64,000 nt of DNA from Shigella phage Sf18. The notes under the pieces were generated by a model. That model was not told the DNA's origin and ran no database searches. It saw only the letters and a list, made by a program, of their open reading frames with translations. The stretch is from the sequence record MF158044; one strand, given 5' to 3'. The translations under genes were made by a program, and so were the position numbers. Shown in pieces: positions 1 to 9,766 of the stretch. How positions within the stretch are numbered: position 1 is the first letter of the stretch; every line of letters begins with the position of its first letter.

Positions 1-2
1 CA

Positions 3-860
3 ATGTTTAAAAAGATTGAAAACTTTTATGAGAAAACATTGGACGAAAGAACTGTAACTCAATTCAAAGATAAGTTTATTTACACAAGTCTATTGAAATC
101 TATCACAGATGAGTTACAATTATTAGAGGATATCAGTAATCAGTTATATACTGAAAGAAATATTCGTGTAGGTGTTGGCACACAACTTGATAACATCGGG
201 GCTTTGATTAAAGTCCCTAGACCTATTGGTGCTGATGATGACACTTACAGAGCTATCCTCTACATTCAAATTTTCTTAAGACGTTCTGACACCACACCAA
301 GCTTCTTACAAAGAGCTGTTATGACTCTTTACAACGCATCATTCAGCCAGATTTTTGAGCACATTACGCCAATGACTGGTGGAATTGTTATCCGTGTAAA
401 CACTCGTAATAACGTGTTAGATACAGCATACACACTTTCTAAGATTGCTGCAACAACTATTGGTTCAGCAGTTATCCTTAGAGATGTTACCTTAAATGGT
501 ACTGCTTGGACTCCTGTAGAGGTTGCTGATTCATCTCTGGCAATTACTGATGAGAACAATAACTGGTTTGTAACAAACACTAACAAGGGTCTTATTACGA
601 ACAACACAGGTGGCTCTCTAGAAGCAAATAAATTAGGTAGTTTTGCAGATGCAGGTGTAAGGGATGGTTATGTAAGAGTGGATAAAACTGGTGGAAGTAC
701 CAGTAAAGATTATTTAAAAGTCAGCAAAACAAACAATAGCAACGACTATTTCATTGCTGGTAAAGAAACAGTAGCAGGTGGTGATTATGGGATTATGGCA
801 GAAGTCGCCCAAATCGTCAAAGGCAGAAAAGATAAATCTCAACAAGAAGGAAGTTCATAA
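3..860 (+). CDS. tail/baseplate-associated structural protein (possibly 5'-truncated at window edge)
   Basis: 285-aa ORF opening 2 nt from window start, directly upstream of two tail-fibre genes; no catalytic motifs; call by synteny only. Confidence 0.35.
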   Translation: MFKKIENFYEKTLDERTVTQFKDKFIYTSLLKSITDELQLLEDISNQLYTERNIRVGVGTQLDNIGALIKVPRPIGADDDTYRAILYIQIFLRRSDTTPSFLQRAVMTLYNASFSQIFEHITPMTGGIVIRVNTRNNVLDTAYTLSKIAATTIGSAVILRDVTLNGTAWTPVEVADSSLAITDENNNWFVTNTNKGLITNNTGGSLEANKLGSFADAGVRDGYVRVDKTGGSTSKDYLKVSKTNNSNDYFIAGKETVAGGDYGIMAEVAQIVKGRKDKSQQEGSS

Positions 861-1159
861 TGTCTCTTTCATGGTCTACAGATACAGTTGATGCTGATGG
901 TAACCAGCTTAAAGTTTTACCACCTCCAGAAATTCAAGCCACTGGCCTATTAAGGGGTGAGCCTATGGGTCGTCAGTGGTTTAACTATATTATCAACTAT
1001 TTGCTTAACAAAGTAAATGGTACGGTTGGAGAGGTTCGTTCATTTGCTACGGAGCAACCTGATTTAGTTTCCAATGGTTGGGAATTAATTGACACAGTAA
1101 CAGGAACTGCACCCACTAGCACGACTAACCTTTACACATACGAATATAAAGGGAGCTAA
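860..1159 (+). CDS. hypothetical protein in tail-fibre module
   Basis: 99-aa ORF, start overlaps upstream stop (TAATG); sits between structural genes. Confidence 0.35.
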   Translation: MSLSWSTDTVDADGNQLKVLPPPEIQATGLLRGEPMGRQWFNYIINYLLNKVNGTVGEVRSFATEQPDLVSNGWELIDTVTGTAPTSTTNLYTYEYKGS

Positions 1160-1161
1160 TA

Positions 1162-2337
1162 ATGCCAGTAGGTGAAATTCAAATTAGTGCATTGCCTCAA
1201 GCCTCGTTGCCTATTGATTTAAGTGATATCTTTCACCTTAAGCAAGGTATTGAGGATAAACGATGCACACTTGAGCAATTACTTGCTCCACACGCATCTT
1301 TAAGAAATAACCCACACGGTGTTACAAAGGTTCACGTAGAACTTGGTAATGTTGTTAACGCACTCCAATTAGTGGCTGCTAATAACTTGTCAGACGTGGT
1401 TAGTGTTGAAGAGGCTAGGCAGAACCTTAATATTCTATCAAGTGATGAAGTTAATGCTCTTATCCAGAATCACATTAATGACAAGAATAACCCTCACAAC
1501 ACTAACAAGATTCAAGTAGGTTTGTCTAATATTCAAAACTGGACATATTCAAACTCTTACTCTGAAGACGCTGATAAGTATGCTACTGCAAAAGCTGTGA
1601 ATGCTTTATATAGAGCTATCCAGAATAGCTATCCAATCGGTACTATTCATTTGTCAGTTAACCCTGCAAACCCATCTACATATTTACTTTGTGGTGGTAC
1701 TTGGGAGTTAGTTTCTAAAGGAAGGTCTCTTGTCGGTTATGACACAGATACAAGACCTGTAGAATCAGTATTTGGTTCTGCTACTGTAACACTTACACAA
1801 AATAACATTCCAAGTCACACACACTCTGTATTACTAACTGGTGGTGGACACTCCCACAATGCAACAGTAGTAATTTCTAACTTTGACTATGGGACTAAGA
1901 GCACATCAAGTTTTGATTATGGTTCTAAGGCCACAAACGACTCTGGAAGCCACGCTCATAACGTTAATGGTTCTGTAAGCAGTGCTGGTAGTCACAGCCA
2001 CAGGATTCCATTGAGGGGTTCTGACAGGGGTGGTGTGAATGCTATTACGGCAACGGCTGATGCAGGTGTTGGTAATGCGTCATATACAGACTTTGATGGG
2101 GTTCACACACATACCTTCAACGTTAATTCTTCAGTTGGTGGTAACCACTCTCACAGTGTGTATATCGGAGCACATGGACACAGTGTTGCAATTGGTTCAC
2201 ATGGACACTCAGGTACTGTGACAGTTCAATCTTCTGAGCACACTCACTCAGGTACAACTGGTGCATTTGGTGCTGGACAAGCATTTAATATTGAGCAACC
2301 TTCTTATGTTGTATATGTTTGGAAGAGAACTGCGTAA
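1162..2337 (+). CDS. tail fibre protein with His-x-His repeat tip
   Basis: Good SD (GGGAG); N-terminal NPHxxTK.QVGL repeats typical of phage fibres; C-terminal run of HxH motifs (HTHS, HSHN, HAHN, HSHR, HTHT, HSHS, HGHS, HGHS, HTHS); ends WKRTA. Confidence 0.65.
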   Translation: MPVGEIQISALPQASLPIDLSDIFHLKQGIEDKRCTLEQLLAPHASLRNNPHGVTKVHVELGNVVNALQLVAANNLSDVVSVEEARQNLNILSSDEVNALIQNHINDKNNPHNTNKIQVGLSNIQNWTYSNSYSEDADKYATAKAVNALYRAIQNSYPIGTIHLSVNPANPSTYLLCGGTWELVSKGRSLVGYDTDTRPVESVFGSATVTLTQNNIPSHTHSVLLTGGGHSHNATVVISNFDYGTKSTSSFDYGSKATNDSGSHAHNVNGSVSSAGSHSHRIPLRGSDRGGVNAITATADAGVGNASYTDFDGVHTHTFNVNSSVGGNHSHSVYIGAHGHSVAIGSHGHSGTVTVQSSEHTHSGTTGAFGAGQAFNIEQPSYVVYVWKRTA

Positions 2338-2382
2338 TTATTTTATAAGGGGCTACACAGCCCCTAGAAAGAGGATTTATAA

Positions 2383-4761
2383 ATGGCTGAATATAAGCTA
2401 AGTGAGCTAAACAGTATTGATACAGTTCGCTCAGAAGATTTACTTCACCTAAGAATTATCAAAAGGTCTGATATGCTAGGTGATGAAGACCGTAAAATGA
2501 CCTATGCAAATTTCCTTGCCTCTTTCAAACTAGAAAGATTCTTACAACTAACTGGTGGGGATATGACAGGGAATCTTGGCATCGTCAAATTAAGATACGG
2601 TGGAAAAGACTTATTAGACCCAACAGGTTCTTCTGAGGTTATTCTCGGTGACACTGCCAAGACCTTTAGAATTAATGCAAGTGCTTTAAGACTAACTGTA
2701 AATGATGCCACAAGGTCTGCAACAGTTTACCACACACTTAATAAACCATCTCCTAATGAATTAGGTATGAGAACTAACACTGAAAATGATGCAAGATATG
2801 CTATGAAAGAAACTGAAAATACTTTCTTGGCAAGACAAATCATTAATATCAACGGTGTTGGTTTAACACTTAAAAGTATCTTACCAGATGGTGGAGCATA
2901 TATTGAAGCAAGAGACTCAAATAATGCTTTGAGATTCACAGTTGGTAACTTGACTTCTGGTACTGATGTTACATTAGTTAACAGCAAAGGTGCTACGTTG
3001 ACTCTTGGTACAAACTCTGTTAGTGTTGACAAGAACTTTGAAATCAATGGTCAGGTTCAGCCTAATAACTGGAATAACCTTGATGCAAGATTCTTTACAC
3101 AGACTGCTGCTGACCAGAGATTTGCAAGACTTAATGCAAGTAATAACTTTGTTGGGGTTAACAACTTCAACGGGAAGACTTATGTTATTGCAGATAGTAA
3201 TGCACTTAACTTAAGAGCGGCTACAGAGAATGCTGCATTATTTATGCGTGGTTACAACAGTGCTGGGACAGGTGCTTGGTATGTGGGTCAACCAGATGGT
3301 ACGCAGTCTGAGATTGTTTTAGCAAACCAGATGACAAATGTTAACTTGAAAATTGCTACAGAGTTTTCATTTAACAAAGCTATCAACGTAACTGGTCAGG
3401 TAAAACCAAGTGACTTTGCAAACTTTGATACAAGATATGTTCCAAGCTCTTTAACGAACGTTCTTGCAAGAACTAATGCTGCAAACGTTTTTACTAACCC
3501 ACAAACTATTGTTACTACAGATGCTGCTTTCACATTGCAAAGTGGGACAGCTAATTCATCACTGTATATTGTTGGCGCTAATGCAGACGGCAACAGACGT
3601 TGGTATATTGGTAACGGTGAAGGCAGTAGGCCAAATTCTCTGTTCCTGTACAACTATTCAAGTGGTGGTGTACAGTTAGAAATTGCTGACACTTTCATGT
3701 TCAACAGAAGCGTATCAGTAACTGGTCAGGTTCAGCCTACAGATTGGACAAACTTCGACTCAAGATACTACACACAGTCTGCTGCAAACTCTAGATATAT
3801 GTTATCTGGTGTATCTGGAACTGGAACCGAAGTCGGTGATGCAACAGGTATTGCTTGGAATGCAAAAACAGGTTTGTACAATGTTACAAGTGCAAGTGGT
3901 GGTTCAACTCACTTAGTTTACCAAATGTACCTTGGAATTGGCGCATCCACACCTTCTGCACAGCTTAGGTTCGAATACAAAAATGGTGGAATCTACTATA
4001 GAACAGCAAGAGATAGTTTTGGCTTTGAAGAGTCTTGGGCTAAAATCTATACAGATAAGGCTAAGCCTACACCTTCTGAACTTGGTGCTTACACCAAGGC
4101 TGAAGTAGACCAACGTATTGCTTCTGCTGTAACTGATTCTACAGACCTCAAGAAAGTGTATCCAGTTGGTATTGTGACGTTCTTTGCTTCTAATGTCAAC
4201 CCAAATACAGCTTTCCCAGGCACTACTTGGACTTACTTGACAGAGGGTGCAAACAGAACCATTAGAATCGGTTCTGCAAATGGTTCCGATGTGAAAGGGC
4301 TTGGTGGTGCTGATACAGTTGCATTAAGTGTTGGTCATATCCCTGCGCACACTCACAGCTTCTCTGGAACAACCACTACCTTTGATTATGGAACTAAGTA
4401 CACAGACGCTCAAGGTGCTCACGACCATGACAGAGGTAACATGGAAATCTCTGGTGACTTTGGTTTCTTCAGAAGTGACGCAAACAGCTTTTATACAGCA
4501 AGTGGGGCGTTTGCTATCTCAGGTTCACAAGCCTCTAGAGGTTATACTGGTTCACAGTTCACTTATGGTACACCAGTTAACTTCTACGCATCAAGAACTT
4601 GGACAGGGAGAACAAGTTGGGTAGGTGCTCACGGTCACGGTGTAGGCATTGGTGCTCACAACCACACATTCAGTGGTAACACTGGTGCAACTGGTTCTGG
4701 TACAGCATTCAGTGTTCTTAACACTTACATTAAATTAATGGCTTGGGTAAGAACTGCATAA
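2383..4761 (+). CDS. long tail fibre protein
   Basis: 792 aa; GGDMTGNL motif; three internal repeats of (V/N)(T)GQV.P.D..NFD.RY; C-terminal HxH block (HTHS, HDHD, HGHG, HNHT); ends WVRTA like preceding gene. Confidence 0.7.
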   Translation: MAEYKLSELNSIDTVRSEDLLHLRIIKRSDMLGDEDRKMTYANFLASFKLERFLQLTGGDMTGNLGIVKLRYGGKDLLDPTGSSEVILGDTAKTFRINASALRLTVNDATRSATVYHTLNKPSPNELGMRTNTENDARYAMKETENTFLARQIININGVGLTLKSILPDGGAYIEARDSNNALRFTVGNLTSGTDVTLVNSKGATLTLGTNSVSVDKNFEINGQVQPNNWNNLDARFFTQTAADQRFARLNASNNFVGVNNFNGKTYVIADSNALNLRAATENAALFMRGYNSAGTGAWYVGQPDGTQSEIVLANQMTNVNLKIATEFSFNKAINVTGQVKPSDFANFDTRYVPSSLTNVLARTNAANVFTNPQTIVTTDAAFTLQSGTANSSLYIVGANADGNRRWYIGNGEGSRPNSLFLYNYSSGGVQLEIADTFMFNRSVSVTGQVQPTDWTNFDSRYYTQSAANSRYMLSGVSGTGTEVGDATGIAWNAKTGLYNVTSASGGSTHLVYQMYLGIGASTPSAQLRFEYKNGGIYYRTARDSFGFEESWAKIYTDKAKPTPSELGAYTKAEVDQRIASAVTDSTDLKKVYPVGIVTFFASNVNPNTAFPGTTWTYLTEGANRTIRIGSANGSDVKGLGGADTVALSVGHIPAHTHSFSGTTTTFDYGTKYTDAQGAHDHDRGNMEISGDFGFFRSDANSFYTASGAFAISGSQASRGYTGSQFTYGTPVNFYASRTWTGRTSWVGAHGHGVGIGAHNHTFSGNTGATGSGTAFSVLNTYIKLMAWVRTA

Positions 4762-4847
4762 TTACCTTGTTGACTAACTGTCAAGATGGTGTTAATATTT
4801 CTTAGTAGGTATTCTCACCATCTTGGCTCAAGAAGTAAGGTGATTAA

Positions 4848-5042
4848 ATGCCAACCATTCTAGCAATCCTCATGAAAAACCTTGGGGCATTCTTTTGGAA
4901 GCTTCTTTTTTCTCTTCTCAGTGAATACATGATTGAAAAAGTGTTCTTTAAGCTTGCAAGATACCTTGCGAGTAAAACAGATACACCTATTGATGATGAA
5001 TTTGTAGATACCTTGGAAAAGGCTTTTAAAGGTGAGAAATAA
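4848..5042 (+). CDS. small membrane protein
   Basis: 64 aa, hydrophobic N-terminal half, SD AAGGTG upstream. Confidence 0.35.
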   Translation: MPTILAILMKNLGAFFWKLLFSLLSEYMIEKVFFKLARYLASKTDTPIDDEFVDTLEKAFKGEK

Positions 5043-5416
5043 TGAAGTGGCTTGAAGATGCTTTTAAGAATAATATTGGTGCAATCGTTGTAGGTATTTT
5101 CAGTGTAATTGGTATGTACACTACAATGCAGGTCTCTGATGGTAAACAGGAAGTGTCTATCACAAATAAGTTACAACAGTTGGATGGTTACTCAAAAGGT
5201 AACTATTCAGCTATTCGTGACTTACAATCTGATATGAAGCTCCTACAATTAGGGATGGAGAACCAGAAAGTTCAGCTAGAGAATGTTAAGGGAGAAAACG
5301 CTAAGTTGACTAAGACCCTTGATAAGTTCTCTGACAGTGTTAACAACTTAGCACAATCTGTATCAGCTTTGCAAGCAATTACAGAACAAAATACCCAAAG
5401 CACTAAAAAGAAATAA
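5042..5416 (+). CDS. membrane-anchored coiled-coil protein
   Basis: 124 aa; N-terminal TM helix (IGAIVVGIFSVIGMY) then heptad-like polar region; ATGA overlap with upstream ORF. Confidence 0.4.
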   Translation: MKWLEDAFKNNIGAIVVGIFSVIGMYTTMQVSDGKQEVSITNKLQQLDGYSKGNYSAIRDLQSDMKLLQLGMENQKVQLENVKGENAKLTKTLDKFSDSVNNLAQSVSALQAITEQNTQSTKKK

Positions 5417-5420
5417 TTCT

Positions 5421-5448
5421 AAGGCTCCTTTTTACGGGAGCCTTTTTT
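5421..5448. terminator. bidirectional intrinsic terminator between convergent genes
   Basis: AAGGCTCC-loop-GGGAGCCTT hairpin followed by TTTTTT on + strand; lies between + strand ORF ending 5416 and - strand thyA ending 5453. Confidence 0.45.
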
Positions 5449-5452
5449 GTTT

Positions 5453-6352
5453 CTACTTACCTACTGATAAAGGTGCTTCAATCTTACCAGCATGTTTATA
5501 CCCTTTCAACCCACCTAGGAAGTCATCTGCTGTCATATGTCTCAAATCTTCAAGAGACTTTAAATCTTGATGAATTTCAAACTTAGGTGCTGGAAACTCT
5601 TCATTGCCAAGAAGCTGAAAAACCTGCGACATATGGTTCTGATAGATTTGAGTATCACCATAAGTCCCTACCAGATATCGCGGTGTATATCCCGTCAGTT
5701 TACACAACACCTCCAAGATAAAGGCATAGGAAGCAATGTTAAATGGTAACCCTAAGAACGTATCACAAGAGCGCTGATACCATTTCAAATCCACCTCATT
5801 AGTATTCGAGATGTAAATCTGAAAAAGTACATGGCAAGGTGCTAATGCCATATAGTTACTTGATATATCTGCTGCATTCCATGCGTTAACGAGCATGTAA
5901 CGGTCTGTAGGAGACTTTCTCATCTTCTCTACAAGATTACTCAACTGGTCTACAACAACTCCACCATGACCTTCGTAGGCTCTCCATTGGACTCCATAGA
6001 TTCTTCCTCCAGCGTCCTCCAGCCAATCATTCTCTGTAGCATAGGTTGTTTTCAACCAACGTTTAAAATCATCTGTCCAGATAGTCCAACGCTCTCCGTC
6101 GTTCTCTCCCCAAGTTCTGTAACGCAAATGGCCTAGTTGGTTTTCACCGTTCATAAACCATAATGCTTCACCGAGGACTTGACGCATAAATGTTTGTTTT
6201 GAGGTGATTAATGGAAATCCACTACGCATATCAAAACGGAACTCAGGTGGAGCAAAGGTCGAAATCACTGAGCCAGTTCTGGTTTTACGCAACTCACCAA
6301 CTGATAAAACATGGTTTAAAATAGCTTTGTAGCTTACATCTGCTTGTGACAT
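5453..6352 (-). CDS. thyA: thymidylate synthase
   Basis: 299 aa; conserved ThyA blocks (FPLIT.K, WNAADI, ALAPCH active-site Cys, DTFLGLPFNIASYA). Confidence 0.9.
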   Translation of the reverse strand: MSQADVSYKAILNHVLSVGELRKTRTGSVISTFAPPEFRFDMRSGFPLITSKQTFMRQVLGEALWFMNGENQLGHLRYRTWGENDGERWTIWTDDFKRWLKTTYATENDWLEDAGGRIYGVQWRAYEGHGGVVVDQLSNLVEKMRKSPTDRYMLVNAWNAADISSNYMALAPCHVLFQIYISNTNEVDLKWYQRSCDTFLGLPFNIASYAFILEVLCKLTGYTPRYLVGTYGDTQIYQNHMSQVFQLLGNEEFPAPKFEIHQDLKSLEDLRHMTADDFLGGLKGYKHAGKIEAPLSVGK

Positions 6353-6353
6353 A

Positions 6354-6899
6354 TTAGAAACGTCCTCTTACTTGTGGAACATAGGTATCAAAAACCACAG
6401 ACTCATCTTCTGAGGGTTTGGACTGTACTTTAGCAAATAATTCTGTGTCATACAAGTACTGGAAGAAACCCTCATAAGGTAGCTTGACAGTAGCCTCTTC
6501 AGTAACTTCCTTAATAACACTGTGGAAAACTACGTCAGCATACGGCAAAGCTGAGATTAAGATATTGGCTCCACCGATTACTAAAACATCTTCATCAATA
6601 GAGCTATCAATATACTTCAGGAAAGCCCCAAAAGCTTCAGGCTTAACTCTTGCTTTACAATGAGAGTCATCTTTAAAATCCAGACCATAAAAGTCAAGAG
6701 AGTTTGTCAAGACAATGTTCTCACGGTTTGGCAAAGGCTTGCTCCCAAGAGTCTTCCAAGTTTCGCTACCCATCAAGACTAACTGGTTAACAGTCTGCTT
6801 CTTAAACTCTGCCATATCTTGTTTATTACGAGGCCAAGGCATTCCAGTAGCTGTGCCAAACTCCCCGTTAATACCACTTGCAAAAATTAACTTAATCAT
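6354..6899 (-). CDS. dihydrofolate reductase
   Basis: 181 aa; DHFR-like N-terminus (IFASGINGEFG..GMPW) and GG dinucleotide-binding region (LVIGGANI); adjacent to thyA as in T4 td/frd. Confidence 0.75.
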   Translation of the reverse strand: MIKLIFASGINGEFGTATGMPWPRNKQDMAEFKKQTVNQLVLMGSETWKTLGSKPLPNRENIVLTNSLDFYGLDFKDDSHCKARVKPEAFGAFLKYIDSSIDEDVLVIGGANILISALPYADVVFHSVIKEVTEEATVKLPYEGFFQYLYDTELFAKVQSKPSEDESVVFDTYVPQVRGRF

Positions 6900-7168
6900 T
6901 TTGTAAATCCTTTGATAATGAACCAGTTCAGAACACGCTTCACAATCCTGTTTGGATGGTAAATAAGGTGGGGTTGTGGTTCATAACTTCCATAAGCCCA
7001 AAAAGATAAAATCTTTCCACATCCACAGCAACGGGTGTACTCTTCAGCGATGTTGCCAGAGACAATCTCTGAAACTTCACCTTGGAAGTTCTCACCTCCA
7101 CAATGGCAGCATTTAACTGGCTCACCATCATTCATGTAACACTGTGATACTCCGCTTAAGATTTTCAT
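6896..7168 (-). CDS. Cys-rich zinc-ribbon protein
   Basis: 90 aa with CCHCGG and CCGCGK cysteine clusters; ATGA overlap with DHFR. Confidence 0.4.
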   Translation of the reverse strand: MKILSGVSQCYMNDGEPVKCCHCGGENFQGEVSEIVSGNIAEEYTRCCGCGKILSFWAYGSYEPQPHLIYHPNRIVKRVLNWFIIKGFTK

Positions 7169-7680
7169 TTTTTGTTTACCTTAAAAGTACGTTCAAATTT
7201 TAGTATGAAATCAAGGTCATCAACTTCACTTGACAAAAAATCTTCAAAGTGTTTTGGAACAAAGTCTAAGAAACTCATAGAACCAAAGTCACCTGTCAGT
7301 TTGATAGTGCCTTGTTCATACTCAGCAGTTACTACATGACCACCTTCAGTCTGCTTAACAATCTCTACAATATCAGCTATGAAGATGTTTAGCAATGCTT
7401 TAAAACTTCTTGGATACTGTGTATCTGAGTACAGTTCAATACTTGGCTCCAGATTAACTTCAATAGAACGGCTATCCCGTAGCTCTGGAGTAAATAAGTG
7501 AGCAGGAAGAACACACAGAGAGTCAGCAGTGTCTTCATCAATGAACTCAATAGTTCCTGCATCATAGTTAGTGTCAATCAAGAATGTCTTCTCAGTATGA
7601 TTTGTGGACTTCATATGCTCAGACAACATTGATTTCAAGAACTCTGCTTCAGGCTGGCAAAGGGTAATTCCAATTTTCAT
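7165..7680 (-). CDS. hypothetical protein
   Basis: 171-aa ORF, operon-like packing, no recognisable motif. Confidence 0.4.
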   Translation of the reverse strand: MKIGITLCQPEAEFLKSMLSEHMKSTNHTEKTFLIDTNYDAGTIEFIDEDTADSLCVLPAHLFTPELRDSRSIEVNLEPSIELYSDTQYPRSFKALLNIFIADIVEIVKQTEGGHVVTAEYEQGTIKLTGDFGSMSFLDFVPKHFEDFLSSEVDDLDFILKFERTFKVNKK

Positions 7681-7681
7681 G

Positions 7682-8185
7682 TTAAACCTCTACAAAAGTA
7701 TCTTTGTCATTATCGTACTTGAAGAATTTTATACACTTTTGTGTATTCCAGTCAACCTTTTCATCATAAGCAATACCTTTTGCTACACGCTTTCCAATGG
7801 TCTGTATAATGATTTCACGGAGCTTTCCATACTCCTTCCAAGGTCTTGAGCCAATAGTTATATTATATTTGTTATAGCTATCAATTGCTTGTTCGTTATA
7901 GCGTATCTCCATAGGACTTGCAGGTTTGTACAGATGGGGTAGTAAATTCCAACCCATATGACCTTCTTCTTTGGCTAGTTCTAGTTGGTGAAGATATTCA
8001 TTCAACCGTCCATCTTCCTCAAGCCACCTGTGAAGTGTCTGCAAGCCTAAGATGTTGTTGTTAAAGTGTGATGCACGTTTCACAGAACCTAAATCACAAC
8101 GATAATCTGACTTTGGTAGTGACAGTATGCTGCCTTGCAATACACTGTACCCAAAGTATAAATTGAGTTTTAAGGGAAGAGACAT
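7682..8185 (-). CDS. hypothetical protein
   Basis: 167-aa ORF, no recognisable motif. Confidence 0.4.
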   Translation of the reverse strand: MSLPLKLNLYFGYSVLQGSILSLPKSDYRCDLGSVKRASHFNNNILGLQTLHRWLEEDGRLNEYLHQLELAKEEGHMGWNLLPHLYKPASPMEIRYNEQAIDSYNKYNITIGSRPWKEYGKLREIIIQTIGKRVAKGIAYDEKVDWNTQKCIKFFKYDNDKDTFVEV

Positions 8186-8529
8186 TTGATATCCTCATTT
8201 TTAAACACAAAAGTTGTGTAGTTGTGACCATCAACATCTAACCAGACAGCCTTAACATCAACACCATCTAGGTTCTCTGACAACTCTTTGATGAAGTGGT
8301 CTCGCACCTTTTTAGCACTTGTAGTTTCAAGTTTGATGTTAGAGATTGCAGAGCCAATTGCCATATAACCTCTTACACGGTTTGCTTCAGTATGTTTCAT
8401 ACCACCAGTTGTGTAAACCTCTTTCAAGGTCTCCAGAATTGCATTACCATAAAGCTTCTCTGCTGGAGTTGGTTTACCATAGAAGCCAATTGCAAAGTTA
8501 TCGTTAAAGATTGCATTTTCACGTTTCAT
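8170..8529 (-). CDS. hypothetical protein
   Basis: 119-aa ORF, no recognisable motif. Confidence 0.4.
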   Translation of the reverse strand: MKRENAIFNDNFAIGFYGKPTPAEKLYGNAILETLKEVYTTGGMKHTEANRVRGYMAIGSAISNIKLETTSAKKVRDHFIKELSENLDGVDVKAVWLDVDGHNYTTFVFKNEDIKCLFP

Positions 8530-8530
8530 A

Positions 8531-8830
8531 TTAATCTGCCAGCCTTAAGTTAAAGTTTACACCAAGTTTTGTACAAGCATTAAGCATGTACTCTAAAGAA
8601 ATCTTCTGAGGGTCGTTAATGATATTTGACACACGACTCTGTGAGATTTCACAAACAGTTGCTACTTGAGCCTGAGAAAGTTTTAGCTTCTCAATCTCTT
8701 TAGAGAATCTGAAAGATACAAAGTCTTTCATCTCTTCTATATCCATTGGACAGACATAACTCTCCATTTCAGCCTCTCTATCAGCCTCCCAAGAATCTTG
8801 AGGTGCATATGGGTCAAAGACTTCATTCAT
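8531..8830 (-). CDS. HTH (XRE-like) DNA-binding protein
   Basis: 99 aa; acidic N-terminus then helix-turn-helix-like segment QAQVATVCEISQSRVSNII. Confidence 0.4.
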   Translation of the reverse strand: MNEVFDPYAPQDSWEADREAEMESYVCPMDIEEMKDFVSFRFSKEIEKLKLSQAQVATVCEISQSRVSNIINDPQKISLEYMLNACTKLGVNFNLRLAD

Positions 8831-9026
8831 CTTTCTTTCTCCGTTTTCGAGAAGTGTCTATTAACGAATCAAGATTAGTTGCTCTGACGTTTTCACGAGT
8901 CCCATTAATGTAGTTATCTAAAGACTCTACAACGGTTGCAAAATCATTAGCCCAAACTCTGTAAATAACTACTCCGTCATCATCGACCACTTCACCATAG
9001 TCTGTTCTACAGATGTTCTTCTTCAT
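8823..9026 (-). CDS. hypothetical protein
   Basis: 67-aa ORF overlapping upstream stop; basic C-terminus. Confidence 0.3.
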   Translation of the reverse strand: MKKNICRTDYGEVVDDDGVVIYRVWANDFATVVESLDNYINGTRENVRATNLDSLIDTSRKRRKKDE

Positions 9027-9028
9027 GA

Positions 9029-9409
9029 TTATAAACCCATGCAGTGACGATTTTCAATAAAGTATTGAACACCTTTGAAAGACTCACGCATAAAGTTGTC
9101 TTTCACATCTTCTACAGTCTCAATACCTTTGCTATCAAGAAGGTCAACGTTCTGAGTAACCATCTCATCTGCTAATCTGTCATAGTAATCTCCCATAAAA
9201 TGGTAGTTGTAGTCAACCATCTTATCAGTCATTTCTTGAACAGTCTGAGCAGACAACGGTTTAGTCAACTCTCCAGCATTTGATGCAATTTTCTGTACAA
9301 TCTTACAAGATTCTAAAGCAACACCACTAAAGTTTGCTTCAGGCATCTTCATAGCCACTGCACTAAAACTCATACCAAGAGCAATGACACCAACAAGTAA
9401 CTTTTTCAT
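9029..9409 (-). CDS. secreted/periplasmic protein with signal peptide
   Basis: 126 aa; N-terminus MKKLLVGVIALGMSFSAVA is a classic Sec signal; strong SD TAGGAGGTAG and own promoter upstream. Confidence 0.45.
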   Translation of the reverse strand: MKKLLVGVIALGMSFSAVAMKMPEANFSGVALESCKIVQKIASNAGELTKPLSAQTVQEMTDKMVDYNYHFMGDYYDRLADEMVTQNVDLLDSKGIETVEDVKDNFMRESFKGVQYFIENRHCMGL

Positions 9410-9439
9410 AACTACCTCCTATATAAAATTTTGTATACA

Positions 9440-9478
9440 TTTGAGTATAAAAATAAGCTATAACACCTGACTTGTCAA
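9440..9478 (-). promoter_or_regulatory. sigma70-like promoter for signal-peptide gene
   Basis: On - strand TTGACA, about 17-nt spacer, AT-rich -10, about 60 nt upstream of the 9409 start. Confidence 0.35.
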
Positions 9479-9485
9479 CAGATTT

Positions 9486-9744
9486 TATAGCTTATTTGGC
9501 AGATTTTTTATAAGGCTACTGCCATCCTTCCGCACCCGACCTGACCTCGCCCAACCTTACCTGACTGAACCACACCCGACCAAACATCACTTAAAAACCC
9601 TTTTCAAAGACTCTTAAGTGATGTAATCGAATTTTTATGTAGCTCCGATTAACTACCCATACCTAACCCCACCTTGCCACACCGAACCAGACCAAACCCA
9701 GCCTCATTAAAAGACCCTTTTAAAGACCTTTTAAAAAGGAGCCT
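9486..9744. repeat. composite repeat module A (pentamer NNACC tracts plus two hairpin modules)
   Basis: Two tracts of about 10 tandem 5-bp units with ACC every 5 nt; inverted repeat CATCACTTAA-N19-TTAAGTGATG; palindromic TTTTAAAAG-rich block; paralogous to 10886-11170. Confidence 0.6.
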
Positions 9745-9758
9745 CCGAAGAGGCTACC
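9734..9758 (-). terminator. intrinsic terminator
   Basis: On - strand AGCCTC-UUCG-GAGGCT hairpin followed by T-run, immediately downstream of the 9767 gene end. Confidence 0.45.
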
Positions 9759-9766
9759 TAGTCAAC

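Noticed and set aside
329-607. Antisense or nested track ORFs inside well-supported genes (for example 329-607, 2039-2221, 2502-2711, 2727-3047, 3396-3653, 11641-11922, 15235-15420, 15526-15834, 16161-16421, 36085-36504, 39429-39677, 41169-41399, 45844-46188, 46192-46605, 55738-56025, 61999-62235)
   Set aside because: Each lies wholly within, and opposite or out of frame to, a longer ORF with motif or synteny support; none has a ribosome-binding site; an AT-rich genome generates such frames by chance on the complementary strand.
9515-9583. G-quadruplex formation by the G-rich complement of the NNACC tracts
   Set aside because: G runs on the complementary strand are mostly 2 nt (GGT repeats) with only occasional GGG or GGGG, too short and irregular for a confident canonical G4 call.
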